Assembly: GCA_964412305.1 (NCBI GenBank)
Contig: CAYPNJ010000001.1
Span: 1-55,267 of the forward strand
DNA length: 55,267 nt
Origin: an uncultured Lutibacter sp.
Lineage (GTDB): Bacteria > Bacteroidota > Bacteroidia > Flavobacteriales > Flavobacteriaceae
Direction: 5' to 3'
The translations under genes were made by a program, and so were the position numbers. Positions 29,131-40,562 of this stretch are shown here, one piece after another (the stretch's first letter is position 1; each line of letters begins with the position of its first letter). The notes under the pieces are model-generated. The model made no database searches and was not told the DNA's origin. It was given only the letters and a program-made list of their open reading frames with translations.

Positions 29131-29176
29131 AAAGTGGGTAAAAGTGGTGAATTGTGGGAAAAAATTTATATTTTTG
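29131..29176 (+). promoter_or_regulatory. dcw promoter with three MraZ-binding boxes
   Basis: GTGG at 29134, 29144 and 29154 (exact 10-bp period), TTG at 29152, and TATTTTTG (-7) at 29169-29176. Confidence 0.85.
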
Positions 29177-29194
29177 AATACATACAATCAAACA

Positions 29195-29668
29195 ATGGTA
29201 AATTTAATTGGAACATATGAATGTAAGGCTGATGCTAAAGGAAGGCTAGCCCTTTCGTCTGCATTAAAAAAACAGCTTTCACCAATTTTACAAGAAGGGT
29301 TTGTAATAAAACGTGCTGTTTTTCATCCTTGTTTAGAGTTGTACCCAATGTCTCAATGGAATGATTTGATGGCGAAAGTTAATAAGTTGAACAGGTTTGT
29401 TAAAAAGAATAACGACTTTATTAGGAGGTTTACCGCAGGTGTGAAAATTGTTGAATTAGATGCTTCAGGAAGGTTGTTAATACCCAAAGATTTACAAATG
29501 TTCGCAGGTATTACAAAAGAAGTAGTGCTTTCTTCAGCAGTAAATATCATTGAAATTTGGGATAAAGATAAATACGAGAAAGTAGTGGAAGATTTGGCAG
29601 ATGGTTTTGGAGAATTGACAGAAGAAGTGATGGGAGCTATAAAATTTGATGACGATGGAGTATCATAA
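29195..29668 (+). CDS. mraZ: Division/cell-wall cluster transcriptional repressor
   Basis: DAKGRL and LDASGRLLIP repeats, IEIWD; start moved to ATG 29195, downstream of the promoter. Confidence 0.95.
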   Translation: MVNLIGTYECKADAKGRLALSSALKKQLSPILQEGFVIKRAVFHPCLELYPMSQWNDLMAKVNKLNRFVKKNNDFIRRFTAGVKIVELDASGRLLIPKDLQMFAGITKEVVLSSAVNIIEIWDKDKYEKVVEDLADGFGELTEEVMGAIKFDDDGVS

Positions 29669-30551
29669 TCCGGTATTGTTAAAAGAGAGCATTGATGGTT
29701 TAAATATAAAACCAAACGGTGTGTATGTTGATGTAACTTTTGGTGGTGGAGGTCATTCAAAAGAAATACTAAATAGATTAAATGAAGATGGAAAACTTTT
29801 TGCTTTTGATCAAGATGAAGATGCAAAACGAAATATAATTGATGATGAACGTTTTACATTGATTCCGCAAAACTTCAGATTTATAAAAAGGTATTTGCGT
29901 TTTTATGGTGTGAAAAAAGTTGATGGTGTTTTGGCAGATTTAGGAGTCTCATCGCATCAATTTGATGAAGCTGAACGAGGGTTTTCTACAAGGTTTGATG
30001 CTGATTTGGATATGAGAATGAATCAAACGGATGAGTTATCTGCTTTTCAAGTAGTTAATTTTTATAAGGAAGGAAAATTGGCTGATGTATTGTTTCAATA
30101 TGGTGAGTTGCGTAATGCAAGAGCATTAGCAAAAAAAATTGTTGAAACAAGAGTTGAAAAAAAAATTAAAACAAGTTTTGAATTAAAAGAAGTGTTGAGT
30201 GAGTTTGTTCCAAAAGCAATTGAACATAAAATATTAGCTCAAATATTTCAAGGAATACGAATAGAGGTAAATCAGGAAATAGAAGTTTTAAAAGAGTTTT
30301 TATTACAAATACCTGAAATATTAAATAAAGATGGAAGACTGAGTGTTATATCATATCACTCTTTAGAAGATAGATTGGTTAAGCGCTTTATTAGAAATGG
30401 TCTTTTTGAAGGTGAACCTGAAAAAGATTTTTTTGGAAATATAGATGTACCAATGAAAAAAGTAGGGAAAATGATAATTCCTTCAGCTTCAGAAATAAAA
30501 AAAAATAATAGAGCGAGGAGTGCAAAATTGAGAATAGCAACATTAAAGTAA
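29649..30551 (+). CDS. rsmH: 16S rRNA m4C1402 methyltransferase
   Basis: HNPVLL, DVTFGGGGHS, DLGVSS, ISYHSLEDR, RARSAKLR; exact start (29649 or 29655) uncertain. Confidence 0.96.
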   Translation: MTMEYHNPVLLKESIDGLNIKPNGVYVDVTFGGGGHSKEILNRLNEDGKLFAFDQDEDAKRNIIDDERFTLIPQNFRFIKRYLRFYGVKKVDGVLADLGVSSHQFDEAERGFSTRFDADLDMRMNQTDELSAFQVVNFYKEGKLADVLFQYGELRNARALAKKIVETRVEKKIKTSFELKEVLSEFVPKAIEHKILAQIFQGIRIEVNQEIEVLKEFLLQIPEILNKDGRLSVISYHSLEDRLVKRFIRNGLFEGEPEKDFFGNIDVPMKKVGKMIIPSASEIKKNNRARSAKLRIATLK

Positions 30552-30880
30552 TGATGTCTAAATTCAAAAAAAGCATATACGATATTTTAAAAGGAAACTT
30601 TTTAGTAAGCGATAATTCCTTTAAAAACTGGCGATTTATTCTGTTCGTAGTGTTTTTAATGTTGTTGATGATTGCAAGCTCGCATCGTTCAGATAAAAAA
30701 GTGATGGAGATTGCAAAGTTGAATAAAAAAATTAAAGAATTGCGATCTGAATTTGTTGATACGCGTTCAGCTTCAATGAAATTGAAGTTAGAATCAACAA
30801 TTAGAAATAAGGTATTGGAATTGGAGTTAACTCCAAGTGAAAACCCGCCACAAGTAATTAGAGTAATCTCAAAAAAATAA
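30551..30880 (+). CDS. ftsL: FtsL-like cell division protein
   Basis: Single TM helix then coiled coil, between rsmH and ftsI. Confidence 0.85.
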   Translation: MMSKFKKSIYDILKGNFLVSDNSFKNWRFILFVVFLMLLMIASSHRSDKKVMEIAKLNKKIKELRSEFVDTRSASMKLKLESTIRNKVLELELTPSENPPQVIRVISKK

Positions 30881-30887
30881 ACAACCA

Positions 30888-32876
30888 TTGGCTGCAACAA
30901 AAAAAGGCATACTAAATAAACTGTACGTTGTATTTGTGTTTATCACATTGTTTTTGGTGGCAATTGTAGTGAGACTTACTAATATTCAATTTGCTGAAGG
31001 TGATAAATACAGAAATTTATCAGAACAACTTACGCTAAGGAACGACACTATTTTTGCAAATAGGGGAAATGTTTTTTCAGCTGATGGAAGCTTACTAGCA
31101 ACTTCAATGTCACAGTATGAAATTAGAATGGATGTTGTTACAGTAAATTCTAAAGTATTTGAAAAAGAGATTAGAAATCTAGCAAAAGAGTTGTCAAAAA
31201 TGCTTGGAAATTCTATTTCTCATTGGGAAACAAAGATTAGAAAAGCCAGAAATAGTAACAATAGATATTTATTTATTACTCGAAAATTGGGATATAACGA
31301 TTATATGAAAATTAAGAGCTTTCCAATTTTTAAACTTGGAATGTATAAAGGTGGTTTTATTGCTGAACAATCAACTGTGAGAGCACATCCTTTAGGGAAA
31401 GTTGCCGAAAGGACAATTGGTTATGATGATTACAGAGGAGCTCCAGGGATTGAAGGTGCTTATAGAAGTTATTTGAAGGGTAAACATGGTTGGAGAATGA
31501 AGCAAAAAATTGCTCAAGGACAATGGAAACCAATAAACGACACTAATGAAAAGGAGCCGATAGATGGTAAAGATATTGTAACAACTATAGATATAAATAT
31601 TCAAGATATAGCACATCATTCTTTGCTTAGGCAATTAGAAATTTACAATGCAGAACATGGGTGTGTGGTGGTTATGGAAACTAAAACAGGTGAGATTAAA
31701 GCCATTTCTAACTTGGGAAGAAATACCAATGGTACGTATTACGAAAAAAGAAATTATGCTGTGTATGAATCTCATGAACCAGGTTCAGCATTTAAGGTAA
31801 TGGCAATGGTAGCAGCGTTAGAATCAGGAAAAATTGATACTAGTACAGTTGTTGATACGGGCGAAGGAAGATACAGAATGTACGGAAGGTATATTCATGA
31901 TTCTAAAAGAGGTGGCTATGGTGAAATTTCAGCAGCAAGAGCTTTAGAAGTTTCTTCAAATATTGGATTTGCAAGGTTAATTGATGAGAATTTCAATGAA
32001 AAACCTGAAGAATTTATTGACATGTTGAAAGGAATGCATTTAAATAATCAGTTAGGGTTAAAAATCAAAGGAGAAGGAAAACCTGAAATTCCAGCACCTG
32101 GAGAAAAAAAATGGAGTAAAAATGCATTACCATCAATCGCTTATGGTTATAACCTAACATTAACACCACTTCAAACGTTAACATTTTACAATGCAATTGC
32201 AAATAATGGAGAAATGTTAAAACCAAAATTTGTTAAAGAAATTAGGTCTTGGAATAAACACGTAGAGCATTTTGATAAAGAGGTAATTGATTCAGAAATT
32301 TGTTCTAAAAAAACAATTAAAAAGGTTCAAGAAGTACTTAAAAATGTAGTTGTTAGAGGAACAGGTCGAAAATTATATGATAAAAACTTTTCAATGGCTG
32401 GTAAAACAGGAACTGCTCGTACTGAATACTGGATGGAAGACTGGGAATCAAACAGACGTTATATTTCATCTTTCACTGGGTATTTTCCTGCTGAAAACCC
32501 AAAATATTCTTGCATAGTGGTAATTCATAAGCCAGATTTAGCAAAAGGATATTACGGAGCAGATGTTTCGGGTCCGGTTTTTAAAGATATAGCTCATAAA
32601 ATTTACACATCAAACCATATTATTAATACCATAGATAATATAACACCAAATTTTGCGAGTGTTAAAAATAGTTTTGAGACATATTATACAAAGTCTAATA
32701 AGGAATTTATTTCAATCCCGAATGTTAAAGGAATGGCGGCAATGGACGCCATTCCTTTACTCGAAAACATCGGGTTGAATGTCAATTTTCAAGGTGAAGG
32801 AAAAGTAAAAGAACAGTCTATTAGTTCGGGTGAAAAATTAGTAAAAGGAGCAACCATAGTTTTAAAATTAATTTAG
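30888..32876 (+). CDS. ftsI: Penicillin-binding protein 3 with C-terminal PASTA domain
   Basis: EPGSAFK (SxxK), SSN, KTGTA, IPNVKGM; TTG start. Confidence 0.93.
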   Translation: MAATKKGILNKLYVVFVFITLFLVAIVVRLTNIQFAEGDKYRNLSEQLTLRNDTIFANRGNVFSADGSLLATSMSQYEIRMDVVTVNSKVFEKEIRNLAKELSKMLGNSISHWETKIRKARNSNNRYLFITRKLGYNDYMKIKSFPIFKLGMYKGGFIAEQSTVRAHPLGKVAERTIGYDDYRGAPGIEGAYRSYLKGKHGWRMKQKIAQGQWKPINDTNEKEPIDGKDIVTTIDINIQDIAHHSLLRQLEIYNAEHGCVVVMETKTGEIKAISNLGRNTNGTYYEKRNYAVYESHEPGSAFKVMAMVAALESGKIDTSTVVDTGEGRYRMYGRYIHDSKRGGYGEISAARALEVSSNIGFARLIDENFNEKPEEFIDMLKGMHLNNQLGLKIKGEGKPEIPAPGEKKWSKNALPSIAYGYNLTLTPLQTLTFYNAIANNGEMLKPKFVKEIRSWNKHVEHFDKEVIDSEICSKKTIKKVQEVLKNVVVRGTGRKLYDKNFSMAGKTGTARTEYWMEDWESNRRYISSFTGYFPAENPKYSCIVVIHKPDLAKGYYGADVSGPVFKDIAHKIYTSNHIINTIDNITPNFASVKNSFETYYTKSNKEFISIPNVKGMAAMDAIPLLENIGLNVNFQGEGKVKEQSISSGEKLVKGATIVLKLI

Positions 32877-34340
32877 TTGAAGTTAGTTAAAGACATAGTA
32901 TATAAAGTTAGTATTGATACCGTTATTGGTGGCACCAATAAAATGGTAGATGCAATTGTATTTGATTCTAGAGAGGTAAAACAGAATAGTTTGTTTGTTG
33001 CTCAAAAAGGGTTGGTTTTTGATGGGCATCTATTTATAGATAAAGCTATTGAGTTAGGAGCAAGGGTTATTGTTTGTGAAAAATTACCAAAGCAGACACT
33101 TCAAAAAGTAACATATATTCAAGTTGAAAATTCGGATAGTGCTTTGGCAATTATTGCGTCCAATTTTTATGAGAATCCTTCCTCTAAATTAAAGTTAATT
33201 GGAATTACAGGCACCAATGGAAAAACAACAATTGCAACATTGTTGTACAATTTATTTCAAAAAGCAGGCTATAAAACAGGTTTGCTATCTACTGTAAAAA
33301 TTTTAGTTGACACTATTGAATATAAAGCAACGCATACCACCCCAAATTCGGTTTTAATAAATAAGTATTTAAATGAAATGGTTGAAATGGGTGTTGATTT
33401 TTGCTTTATGGAAGTGAGTTCTCATGGAATTCATCAAAAAAGAACAGAAGGTTTACAATTTTCAGGAGGCGTTTTCACCAATTTAACGCATGACCATTTA
33501 GATTATCACAAAACATTTAAGGAATATAGAGATGTTAAAAAATCGTTTTTTGATGCCTTACCAAAATCAGCTTTTGCATTAGTAAATATTGATGATAAAA
33601 ATGGAGCAGTAATGCTACAAAATACTATTGCTAAAAAACAATCGTATGCATTAAAAACAATGGCCGATTTTAAAGCTAAAATTTTAGAAAATCAATTTTC
33701 CGGTTTGTTGTTAACAATAAACAACAATGAAGTTTGGACAAAATTAACAGGGGGTTTTAATGCATATAATTTATTAGCTGTTTATGGAGTTTCAAATATA
33801 TTAGGCTTAGAAACAATAGAATCACTAACACATATTAGCGAGTTAGAAAGTGTGAGTGGAAGATTTCAGCATTTTATTTCAAAAGGAGGTGTGACCGCAG
33901 TGATAGATTATGCACACACACCTGATGCGTTAAAAAATGTGTTAGAAACCATCAATGATATTAGAACAGGAAATGAACAAATTATTACCGTTGTGGGATG
34001 CGGTGGAGACCGAGATAAGGCTAAACGCCCTGTTATGGGGCGTATAGCTTCTCAGTTAAGTACACAAGTAATTTTCACTTCAGACAATCCTAGAAGTGAA
34101 AACCCACAAACAATTATTGAAGAAATTGAAGCTGGAGTTGATTCGCAAAATTTTAAAAAAACGGTATCAATTTTAGATAGAGCGCAAGCCATTAAAACAG
34201 CAACAAAATTTGCGGTAAAAGGAGATATTATTTTAATTGCTGGTAAAGGACATGAGACTTATCAAGAAGTGAAAGGAAAGCGTTCTCATTTTGATGATTA
34301 TGAAAAAATAACAGAACTACTAACAGTTATAGAAAGTTAA
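32877..34340 (+). CDS. murE: UDP-MurNAc-dipeptide:meso-DAP ligase
   Basis: GTNGKTT, MEVSSH, DYAHTPD, DNPR (DAP specificity), AGKGHE; TTG start. Confidence 0.97.
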   Translation: MKLVKDIVYKVSIDTVIGGTNKMVDAIVFDSREVKQNSLFVAQKGLVFDGHLFIDKAIELGARVIVCEKLPKQTLQKVTYIQVENSDSALAIIASNFYENPSSKLKLIGITGTNGKTTIATLLYNLFQKAGYKTGLLSTVKILVDTIEYKATHTTPNSVLINKYLNEMVEMGVDFCFMEVSSHGIHQKRTEGLQFSGGVFTNLTHDHLDYHKTFKEYRDVKKSFFDALPKSAFALVNIDDKNGAVMLQNTIAKKQSYALKTMADFKAKILENQFSGLLLTINNNEVWTKLTGGFNAYNLLAVYGVSNILGLETIESLTHISELESVSGRFQHFISKGGVTAVIDYAHTPDALKNVLETINDIRTGNEQIITVVGCGGDRDKAKRPVMGRIASQLSTQVIFTSDNPRSENPQTIIEEIEAGVDSQNFKKTVSILDRAQAIKTATKFAVKGDIILIAGKGHETYQEVKGKRSHFDDYEKITELLTVIES

Positions 34341-34344
34341 TACA

Positions 34345-35571
34345 ATGCTATATTATTTATTTGAGTATTTAGAAAGTCATTACAAATTAGCAGGAGCAGG
34401 ATTGTTCCAATACATCTCGTTTAGGTCTGCGTTGGCTTTTATAATGTCGCTACTTTTTTCAACAATTTACGGGAAGAGAATTATTAATTATTTACAACGT
34501 AAGCAAGTTGGTGAGACTGTTAGAGATTTAGGTTTAGTTGGGCAGGTTGAAAAGGCAGGAACTCCAACAATGGGAGGTATCATTATAATTTTAGCAACCT
34601 TAATTCCTGTGCTATTAATTTCAAAAATCGATAATGTTTATATCGTAATACTTGTAGTTACTACACTGTGGATGGGTGCTATTGGTTTTTTAGACGACTA
34701 TATTAAAATTTTCAAAAAAGATAAAGAAGGATTAAAAGGAAGGTTTAAAATTTTAGGCCAGGTTACTTTAGGGATTTTTGTTGGAACAATGTTTTATTTT
34801 CATCCAGGGATTACCATGAAAGAGAAACTACCTTTAAAACAGCAATACATTTCAGAAAAAGGGATACCTGTATTGTTTTCCGAGGCAAAAAAATCTACCA
34901 AAACCACGATTCCATTTTTTAAAAATAATGAATTGGAGTATGCGGATGCATTGGGTGTTTTTGGTGATGGATTAAAAGATTATGCATGGTTAATTTTTAT
35001 TCCAATAGTAATATTTATCATCACAGCAGTTTCAAATGGGGCTAATTTAACAGATGGAATTGATGGTTTAGCGGCAGGGTCTTCAGCTATAATTGTACTC
35101 ACCTTGGGTGTTTTTGCTTGGGTTTCAGGAAATATCATTTTTGCCAATTATTTAGATGTTATGTACATACCAAATTCTGGTGAAATGACCATTTTTATAG
35201 CTGCTTTTGTGGGAGCTTTAATTGGTTTTTTGTGGTACAATACGTATCCGGCTCAAGTATTTATGGGAGATACAGGAAGTTTAACAATTGGAGGTATTAT
35301 AGCCGTATTAGCTATTGCGGTTCGTAAAGAGCTATTAATTCCAATATTAGCAGGAATCTTTTTGGTAGAGAATTTATCAGTAATTCTTCAGGTTGGATTT
35401 TTTAAATACACCAAGAAAAAATATGGAGAAGGAAAACGCATATTTAAAATGTCACCATTACATCATCACTATCAAAAATCAGGATATCATGAAAGTAAAA
35501 TTGTTACACGATTTTGGATTATAGGAATTCTGTTAGCAGTATTTACAATAGTAACTTTAAAGTTGCGATAA
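34345..35571 (+). CDS. mraY: Phospho-N-acetylmuramoyl-pentapeptide transferase
   Basis: [35 protein letters not shown]. Confidence 0.97.
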   Translation: MLYYLFEYLESHYKLAGAGLFQYISFRSALAFIMSLLFSTIYGKRIINYLQRKQVGETVRDLGLVGQVEKAGTPTMGGIIIILATLIPVLLISKIDNVYIVILVVTTLWMGAIGFLDDYIKIFKKDKEGLKGRFKILGQVTLGIFVGTMFYFHPGITMKEKLPLKQQYISEKGIPVLFSEAKKSTKTTIPFFKNNELEYADALGVFGDGLKDYAWLIFIPIVIFIITAVSNGANLTDGIDGLAAGSSAIIVLTLGVFAWVSGNIIFANYLDVMYIPNSGEMTIFIAAFVGALIGFLWYNTYPAQVFMGDTGSLTIGGIIAVLAIAVRKELLIPILAGIFLVENLSVILQVGFFKYTKKKYGEGKRIFKMSPLHHHYQKSGYHESKIVTRFWIIGILLAVFTIVTLKLR

Positions 35572-36906
35572 ATGAAAAAATTAGTTGTTTTAGGAGCAGG
35601 AGAGAGTGGTGTAGGAACAGCTATTTTGGGAAAACAAAAAGGGTATCAAGTTTTTGTTTCTGACAAAGGGACAATTGCAAATAAATATAAAAAAGTTCTT
35701 TTAAATAATAATATTTCTTTCGAAGAAGGAAATCATACGGAAGCTAAGATTTTTGAAGCTGATTTAGTGATGAAAAGTCCGGGAATTCCAGATACTGTTT
35801 CATTAATAAAAGAGTTGAGGGAAAAAAACATTTCTGTAGTTTCTGAAATTGAATTTGCTTCAAAATATACCAACGGAGTTATTGTTGGAATTACCGGTTC
35901 AAACGGTAAAACCACCACAACAATGTTGACCAATCATATTTTGGAAAAAGCAAGTTTCAATGTGAGTATGGGAGGTAATATTGGAGATAGTTTTGCGCAA
36001 CAAGTTGCAGAAAAAGATTCGGAGAATTACGTATTGGAGTTGAGTAGTTTTCAATTAGATGGTATTGAAAATTTCGCACCACATATTGCAATAATTACCA
36101 ATATAACTCCAGATCATTTAGATAGGTATGATTACAAATTTGAAAATTATATCAATTCTAAATTTAGAATTACAGAAAATCAAACAGCAAATGATTTTTT
36201 GATATATGATTTTGATGATGAAGTGATAACATCATGGTTAAACAAGAATAAAGTAAAAGCTACATTGCTGCCTTTTTCATTAGAAAATGAGTTAGAGCAA
36301 GGAGTTTATTTAAAAGAAGATAACATAGTAATAAAATATAAAACGATACATAAAATAATGGGTATTTCAACTTTAGCATTAAAAGGAAAACACAATACAA
36401 AAAATGCAATGGCAGCTGCAATGACAGCTTCATTGTTAAAAGTTAGAAAAGAAACTATTAGAGAGAGTTTAGAAGATTTTGAAGGAGCTGAACATAGACT
36501 AGAACCAGTACTTAAAATTAATGGAGTTCAGTATGTAAACGATTCTAAAGCAACGAATATAAATGCAACTTTTTATGCTTTAGATAGTATGCAATCTCCA
36601 ACAGTTTGGATAGTTGGAGGTGTTGATAAAGGAAACGATTATTTAGACTTAATGCCATTGGTACGAGAAAAAGTAAAAGCAATTATTTGTTTGGGTGTTG
36701 ATAATCAAAAAATTGTACAAACATTTTATAATGTAGTAGACTTAATTGTTGAAACAGCTGGAGCTGAAGAAGCTGTTAAAGTAGCATATAAGATTGCCAA
36801 AAAAGGAGATGCTGTTTTACTGTCTCCAGCTTGCGCAAGCTTTGACTTGTTTGAAAACTATGAGGATAGAGGTAACAAATTTAAGCAAGCGGTTAGGGAA
36901 TTATAA
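35572..36906 (+). CDS. murD: UDP-MurNAc-L-Ala:D-Glu ligase
   Basis: GSNGKTTT, ELSSFQL, NDSKATN, LSPACASFD. Confidence 0.97.
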   Translation: MKKLVVLGAGESGVGTAILGKQKGYQVFVSDKGTIANKYKKVLLNNNISFEEGNHTEAKIFEADLVMKSPGIPDTVSLIKELREKNISVVSEIEFASKYTNGVIVGITGSNGKTTTTMLTNHILEKASFNVSMGGNIGDSFAQQVAEKDSENYVLELSSFQLDGIENFAPHIAIITNITPDHLDRYDYKFENYINSKFRITENQTANDFLIYDFDDEVITSWLNKNKVKATLLPFSLENELEQGVYLKEDNIVIKYKTIHKIMGISTLALKGKHNTKNAMAAAMTASLLKVRKETIRESLEDFEGAEHRLEPVLKINGVQYVNDSKATNINATFYALDSMQSPTVWIVGGVDKGNDYLDLMPLVREKVKAIICLGVDNQKIVQTFYNVVDLIVETAGAEEAVKVAYKIAKKGDAVLLSPACASFDLFENYEDRGNKFKQAVREL

Positions 36907-36938
36907 TACCAATTATTAAAAAGAGATAAGATAAGCAC

Positions 36939-38132
36939 TTGAAAAGTATACTTAAAAATATTGAAGGAGATCGAGCAATTTGGGCAATAGTTACAGTGTT
37001 GGCTATCTTGTCGTTTTTACCGGTTTATAGTGCAAGTACTAATTTGGTTTATGTAGTAAACAATGGTACCACTACTTTTCATTTATTTAAGCACGCATTT
37101 TTATTAGCCTGCGGATTTTTAATTATTTACGCAGTTCACAAAATTCCTTTCAGATATTTTAGTGGAGGGTCAGTTTTAATGATTCCTTTAGTTGTAGTAT
37201 TATTAATCTATACACTAACACAGGGAACTACTATTGGTGGTTCAAATGCAAGTAGATGGATTCAAATTCCATTTATAGGTATTGGATTTCAAACTTCAAC
37301 CTTGGCCGGATTGGTGATTATGATATATGTAGCGCGTTATTTGGCTCGAAATAAAGATAAAGAGATAGCTTTTAAAGAAACTGTTTTACAATTATGGGTG
37401 CCAGTTGCCATAATTTTAGCATTGATTTTACCAGCAAATTTTTCAACTACTGCCATTGTTTTTTCAATGGTGTTATTGGTGGCTTTTATTGGTGGTTATC
37501 CATTAAAATATATTGCATCTGTTGTGGGGATAGGTATTATTTTATTGGCTCTATTTATATTAACTGTAAAAGCATTTCCTGATGTAGTTGGGAAAAATAG
37601 AGTTGATACTTGGATCAGTAGAATTGAGAATTTTTCAAATAAAAATGCTGAAGAAGGTTACCAGGTCGAAAAAGCTAAAATAGCCATTGCAAGTGGTGGT
37701 ATACAAGGTAGAGGCCCAGGAAAGAGTATTCAAAAGAATTTTTTACCACAATCTTCATCTGACTTTATTTTTGCAATTATTGTTGAAGAATATGGTTTGG
37801 TTGGAGCTATGGTAGTTATCCTACTATATTTTATGTTGCTATTTAGATTTGTAATGGCGGCAAAAAAAGCAACAAGCATATTTGCAACACTACTAATTAT
37901 TGGTGTTGGTTTACCCATTATTTTTCAGGCTATTATTAATATGGCAGTGGCTGTTAATTTATTCCCTGTAACCGGGCAAACATTGCCTTTAATTAGTAGT
38001 GGAGGTACATCAATTTGGATGACTTGTTTTGCTATTGGAATTATTTTAAGTGTAACAGCTGATAAAGAGAAAAAAGAAAGTATAGATAATGAAGAAAACC
38101 CTTTAGATATTTTACATGAAGCAATCGGTTAA
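36939..38132 (+). CDS. ftsW: SEDS peptidoglycan glycosyltransferase
   Basis: Multi-TM; [39 protein letters not shown]; TTG start. Confidence 0.94.
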   Translation: MKSILKNIEGDRAIWAIVTVLAILSFLPVYSASTNLVYVVNNGTTTFHLFKHAFLLACGFLIIYAVHKIPFRYFSGGSVLMIPLVVVLLIYTLTQGTTIGGSNASRWIQIPFIGIGFQTSTLAGLVIMIYVARYLARNKDKEIAFKETVLQLWVPVAIILALILPANFSTTAIVFSMVLLVAFIGGYPLKYIASVVGIGIILLALFILTVKAFPDVVGKNRVDTWISRIENFSNKNAEEGYQVEKAKIAIASGGIQGRGPGKSIQKNFLPQSSSDFIFAIIVEEYGLVGAMVVILLYFMLLFRFVMAAKKATSIFATLLIIGVGLPIIFQAIINMAVAVNLFPVTGQTLPLISSGGTSIWMTCFAIGIILSVTADKEKKESIDNEENPLDILHEAIG

Positions 38133-39210
38133 TATCATACTAAGTGGAGGTGGAACAGGTGGGCATATTTACCCAGCTGTATCTATTGCAAATGAGCTGA
38201 AAGAAAAATACCCTAAAGCTAATTTTTTGTTTGTAGGAGCAAAAGATAGAATGGAGATGGAGAAAGTTCCTCAAGCAGGTTATAAAATTAAAGGGTTATG
38301 GATTTCTGGAATACAAAGAAGTTTATCATTGAAAAATTTAGCATTTCCTTTCAAGCTAATTAGTAGTTTGTGGAATGCGTATAAAATTATTAAAAAATTT
38401 AAACCAACTATTGTAATTGGAACTGGTGGTTTTGCAAGTGGCCCAACATTATTTGTTGCAAGCAGAAAAGGGATAAAAACGGTTATTCAAGAACAAAATT
38501 CATATCCAGGAATTACTAATAAATTGTTGAGTAAAAAAGCTGATAAAATTTGTGTGGCTTATGATGGTTTAGAACGGTTTTTTCCATCAGATAAAATAAT
38601 AAAAACAGGAAATCCGGTGCGTCAGGATTTATTAGATGTAGCAGGAAAAAGAGAAGAAGCATTCACACATTTTAAATTAGAAACTGATAAAAAAGCACTA
38701 GTTGTTATTGGAGGGAGTTTAGGAGCTAGGACAGTTAATAATTTAATTGAGAAACACATTAATTGGTTGGTGTCAAACAATGTGCAAGTGATTTGGCAAA
38801 CTGGGAAATTGTATTACGAAGAATTTAAAAAATACAATGAATTAGAAGGTGTTCAAACACATGCTTTTTTAAATAGAATGGATTTAACATATGCAGCAGC
38901 AGATATTTTAATAAGTAGAGCAGGAGCAAGTTCAATTTCAGAATTATGTATTGTTGGTAAGCCTGTAATATTTATTCCATCGCCTAATGTTACCGAAGAT
39001 CATCAAACAAAAAACGCCTTAGCTGTTGTAAATAAAAATGCTGCTTTATTGTTGAAAGAGTCTGAATTAAAGATGTTTCAAACAATGTTTAGCGAGTTGC
39101 TAAATGATGAGAAATTACAACAAAAGTTAAGTAAGAATATAAAAGAATTGGCATTGCCAAATGCAACAAAAGATATAGTAAAGGAAATTGAAAAATTAAT
39201 GATTAGTTAA
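38116..39210 (+). CDS. murG: Lipid II N-acetylglucosaminyltransferase
   Basis: [35 protein letters not shown]. Confidence 0.97.
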   Translation: MKQSVNIILSGGGTGGHIYPAVSIANELKEKYPKANFLFVGAKDRMEMEKVPQAGYKIKGLWISGIQRSLSLKNLAFPFKLISSLWNAYKIIKKFKPTIVIGTGGFASGPTLFVASRKGIKTVIQEQNSYPGITNKLLSKKADKICVAYDGLERFFPSDKIIKTGNPVRQDLLDVAGKREEAFTHFKLETDKKALVVIGGSLGARTVNNLIEKHINWLVSNNVQVIWQTGKLYYEEFKKYNELEGVQTHAFLNRMDLTYAAADILISRAGASSISELCIVGKPVIFIPSPNVTEDHQTKNALAVVNKNAALLLKESELKMFQTMFSELLNDEKLQQKLSKNIKELALPNATKDIVKEIEKLMIS

Positions 39211-39215
39211 TTGAT

Positions 39216-40562
39216 TTGAATTTAAAAAATATACATAACGTTTATTTTATTGGTATTGGAGGGATTGGTATGAGTGCTATTGCCAACTATTTTAAGAGCA
39301 ACGGTAAAAATGTGTCGGGTTACGATAAAGTGTCAACAGATATTACGAAATCACTTCAGGAAATTGGAATAGCTATTCATTTTGAAGATGCTGTAAATTC
39401 AATTCCTTCTGAATTTAAACAAAAGGAAAATACTATTGTTGTTTATACACCTGCTGTTCCTAAAAATCATTCAGAATTAAATTACTTTTTCACCAATGAT
39501 TTTACAGTGTTAAAGCGTTCAGAAATTTTAGGTGAAATCACAAAAAACTCAATTTGTTTAGCGGTTGCTGGCACCCATGGGAAAACCACAACATCAACAA
39601 TATTAGGTCATATTTTAAAAGAGGCAAACGTAAATGCCACTTCTTTTTTAGGTGGAATTTCAGAAAATTATAATTCAAATTTAATTTTAGGTGGAGATGA
39701 AGTTACCGTAGTTGAGGCAGATGAGTTTGATAGATCATTTTTAAAATTGTCACCAAATATTGCGTGTATCACTTCAATGGATGCAGATCACTTAGATATT
39801 TATGGAGATTATTCAGAATTAGAGAATTCATTCAAAGATTTTGCTAAGAAAGTATCAGGCACTTTAATTGTGCGAAAAGGATTGCCAATTAAAGCAGTAA
39901 CTTTTGGTATTGAAGAAGATGCAGATTACGATGCTAAAAACATAAGAATTGAAAACGGAACTTACATTTTTGATGTTCAAACTCCTTTAAAATACATTAA
40001 AAATCTACAAATAAATTTATCAGGAAAACATAATGTGCTAAATACGGTGGCAGCTTTAGCAATGGCAACTATTTATGGAGTTTCTCTCCCTGTCATTGCT
40101 AAAGCTTTACTAACATTTAAAGGTATTAAAAGGCGTTTTTCTTATAAAATTAAAACTGAAAATTTAGTATTGATTGATGATTATGCGCATCATCCAACAG
40201 AAATAAATGCTGTTGTAAATTCAGTGAAAGAAATGTACCCAAATAAACAAGTTTTAGGAGTTTTTCAGCCGCATTTATATAGTAGAACTAGAGATTTTTC
40301 AGATGATTTTGCAAAAAGTTTATCACAATTTGATGAGTTAATTCTTCTTGATATTTATCCTGCAAGAGAATTACCAATTGAAGGAATTACTTCAACTTGG
40401 TTATTAGATAAAATTTCCATTAAAAACAAGTTAATTTCTTCGAAAGAAAAATTAGTTGAGAACGTTTTAAAATCTAAAGCACAAATTATCGTTATGATTG
40501 GTGCAGGAGATATAGGTGAATTGGTGGCTATAATTAAAAATAATTTGAGTGTTGAAAATTAA
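39216..40562 (+). CDS. murC: UDP-MurNAc:L-Ala ligase
   Basis: GIGGIGMS, GTHGKTTT, EADEFD, DDYAHHPTE, FQPHLYSRT; TTG start. Confidence 0.97.
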   Translation: MNLKNIHNVYFIGIGGIGMSAIANYFKSNGKNVSGYDKVSTDITKSLQEIGIAIHFEDAVNSIPSEFKQKENTIVVYTPAVPKNHSELNYFFTNDFTVLKRSEILGEITKNSICLAVAGTHGKTTTSTILGHILKEANVNATSFLGGISENYNSNLILGGDEVTVVEADEFDRSFLKLSPNIACITSMDADHLDIYGDYSELENSFKDFAKKVSGTLIVRKGLPIKAVTFGIEEDADYDAKNIRIENGTYIFDVQTPLKYIKNLQINLSGKHNVLNTVAALAMATIYGVSLPVIAKALLTFKGIKRRFSYKIKTENLVLIDDYAHHPTEINAVVNSVKEMYPNKQVLGVFQPHLYSRTRDFSDDFAKSLSQFDELILLDIYPARELPIEGITSTWLLDKISIKNKLISSKEKLVENVLKSKAQIIVMIGAGDIGELVAIIKNNLSVEN

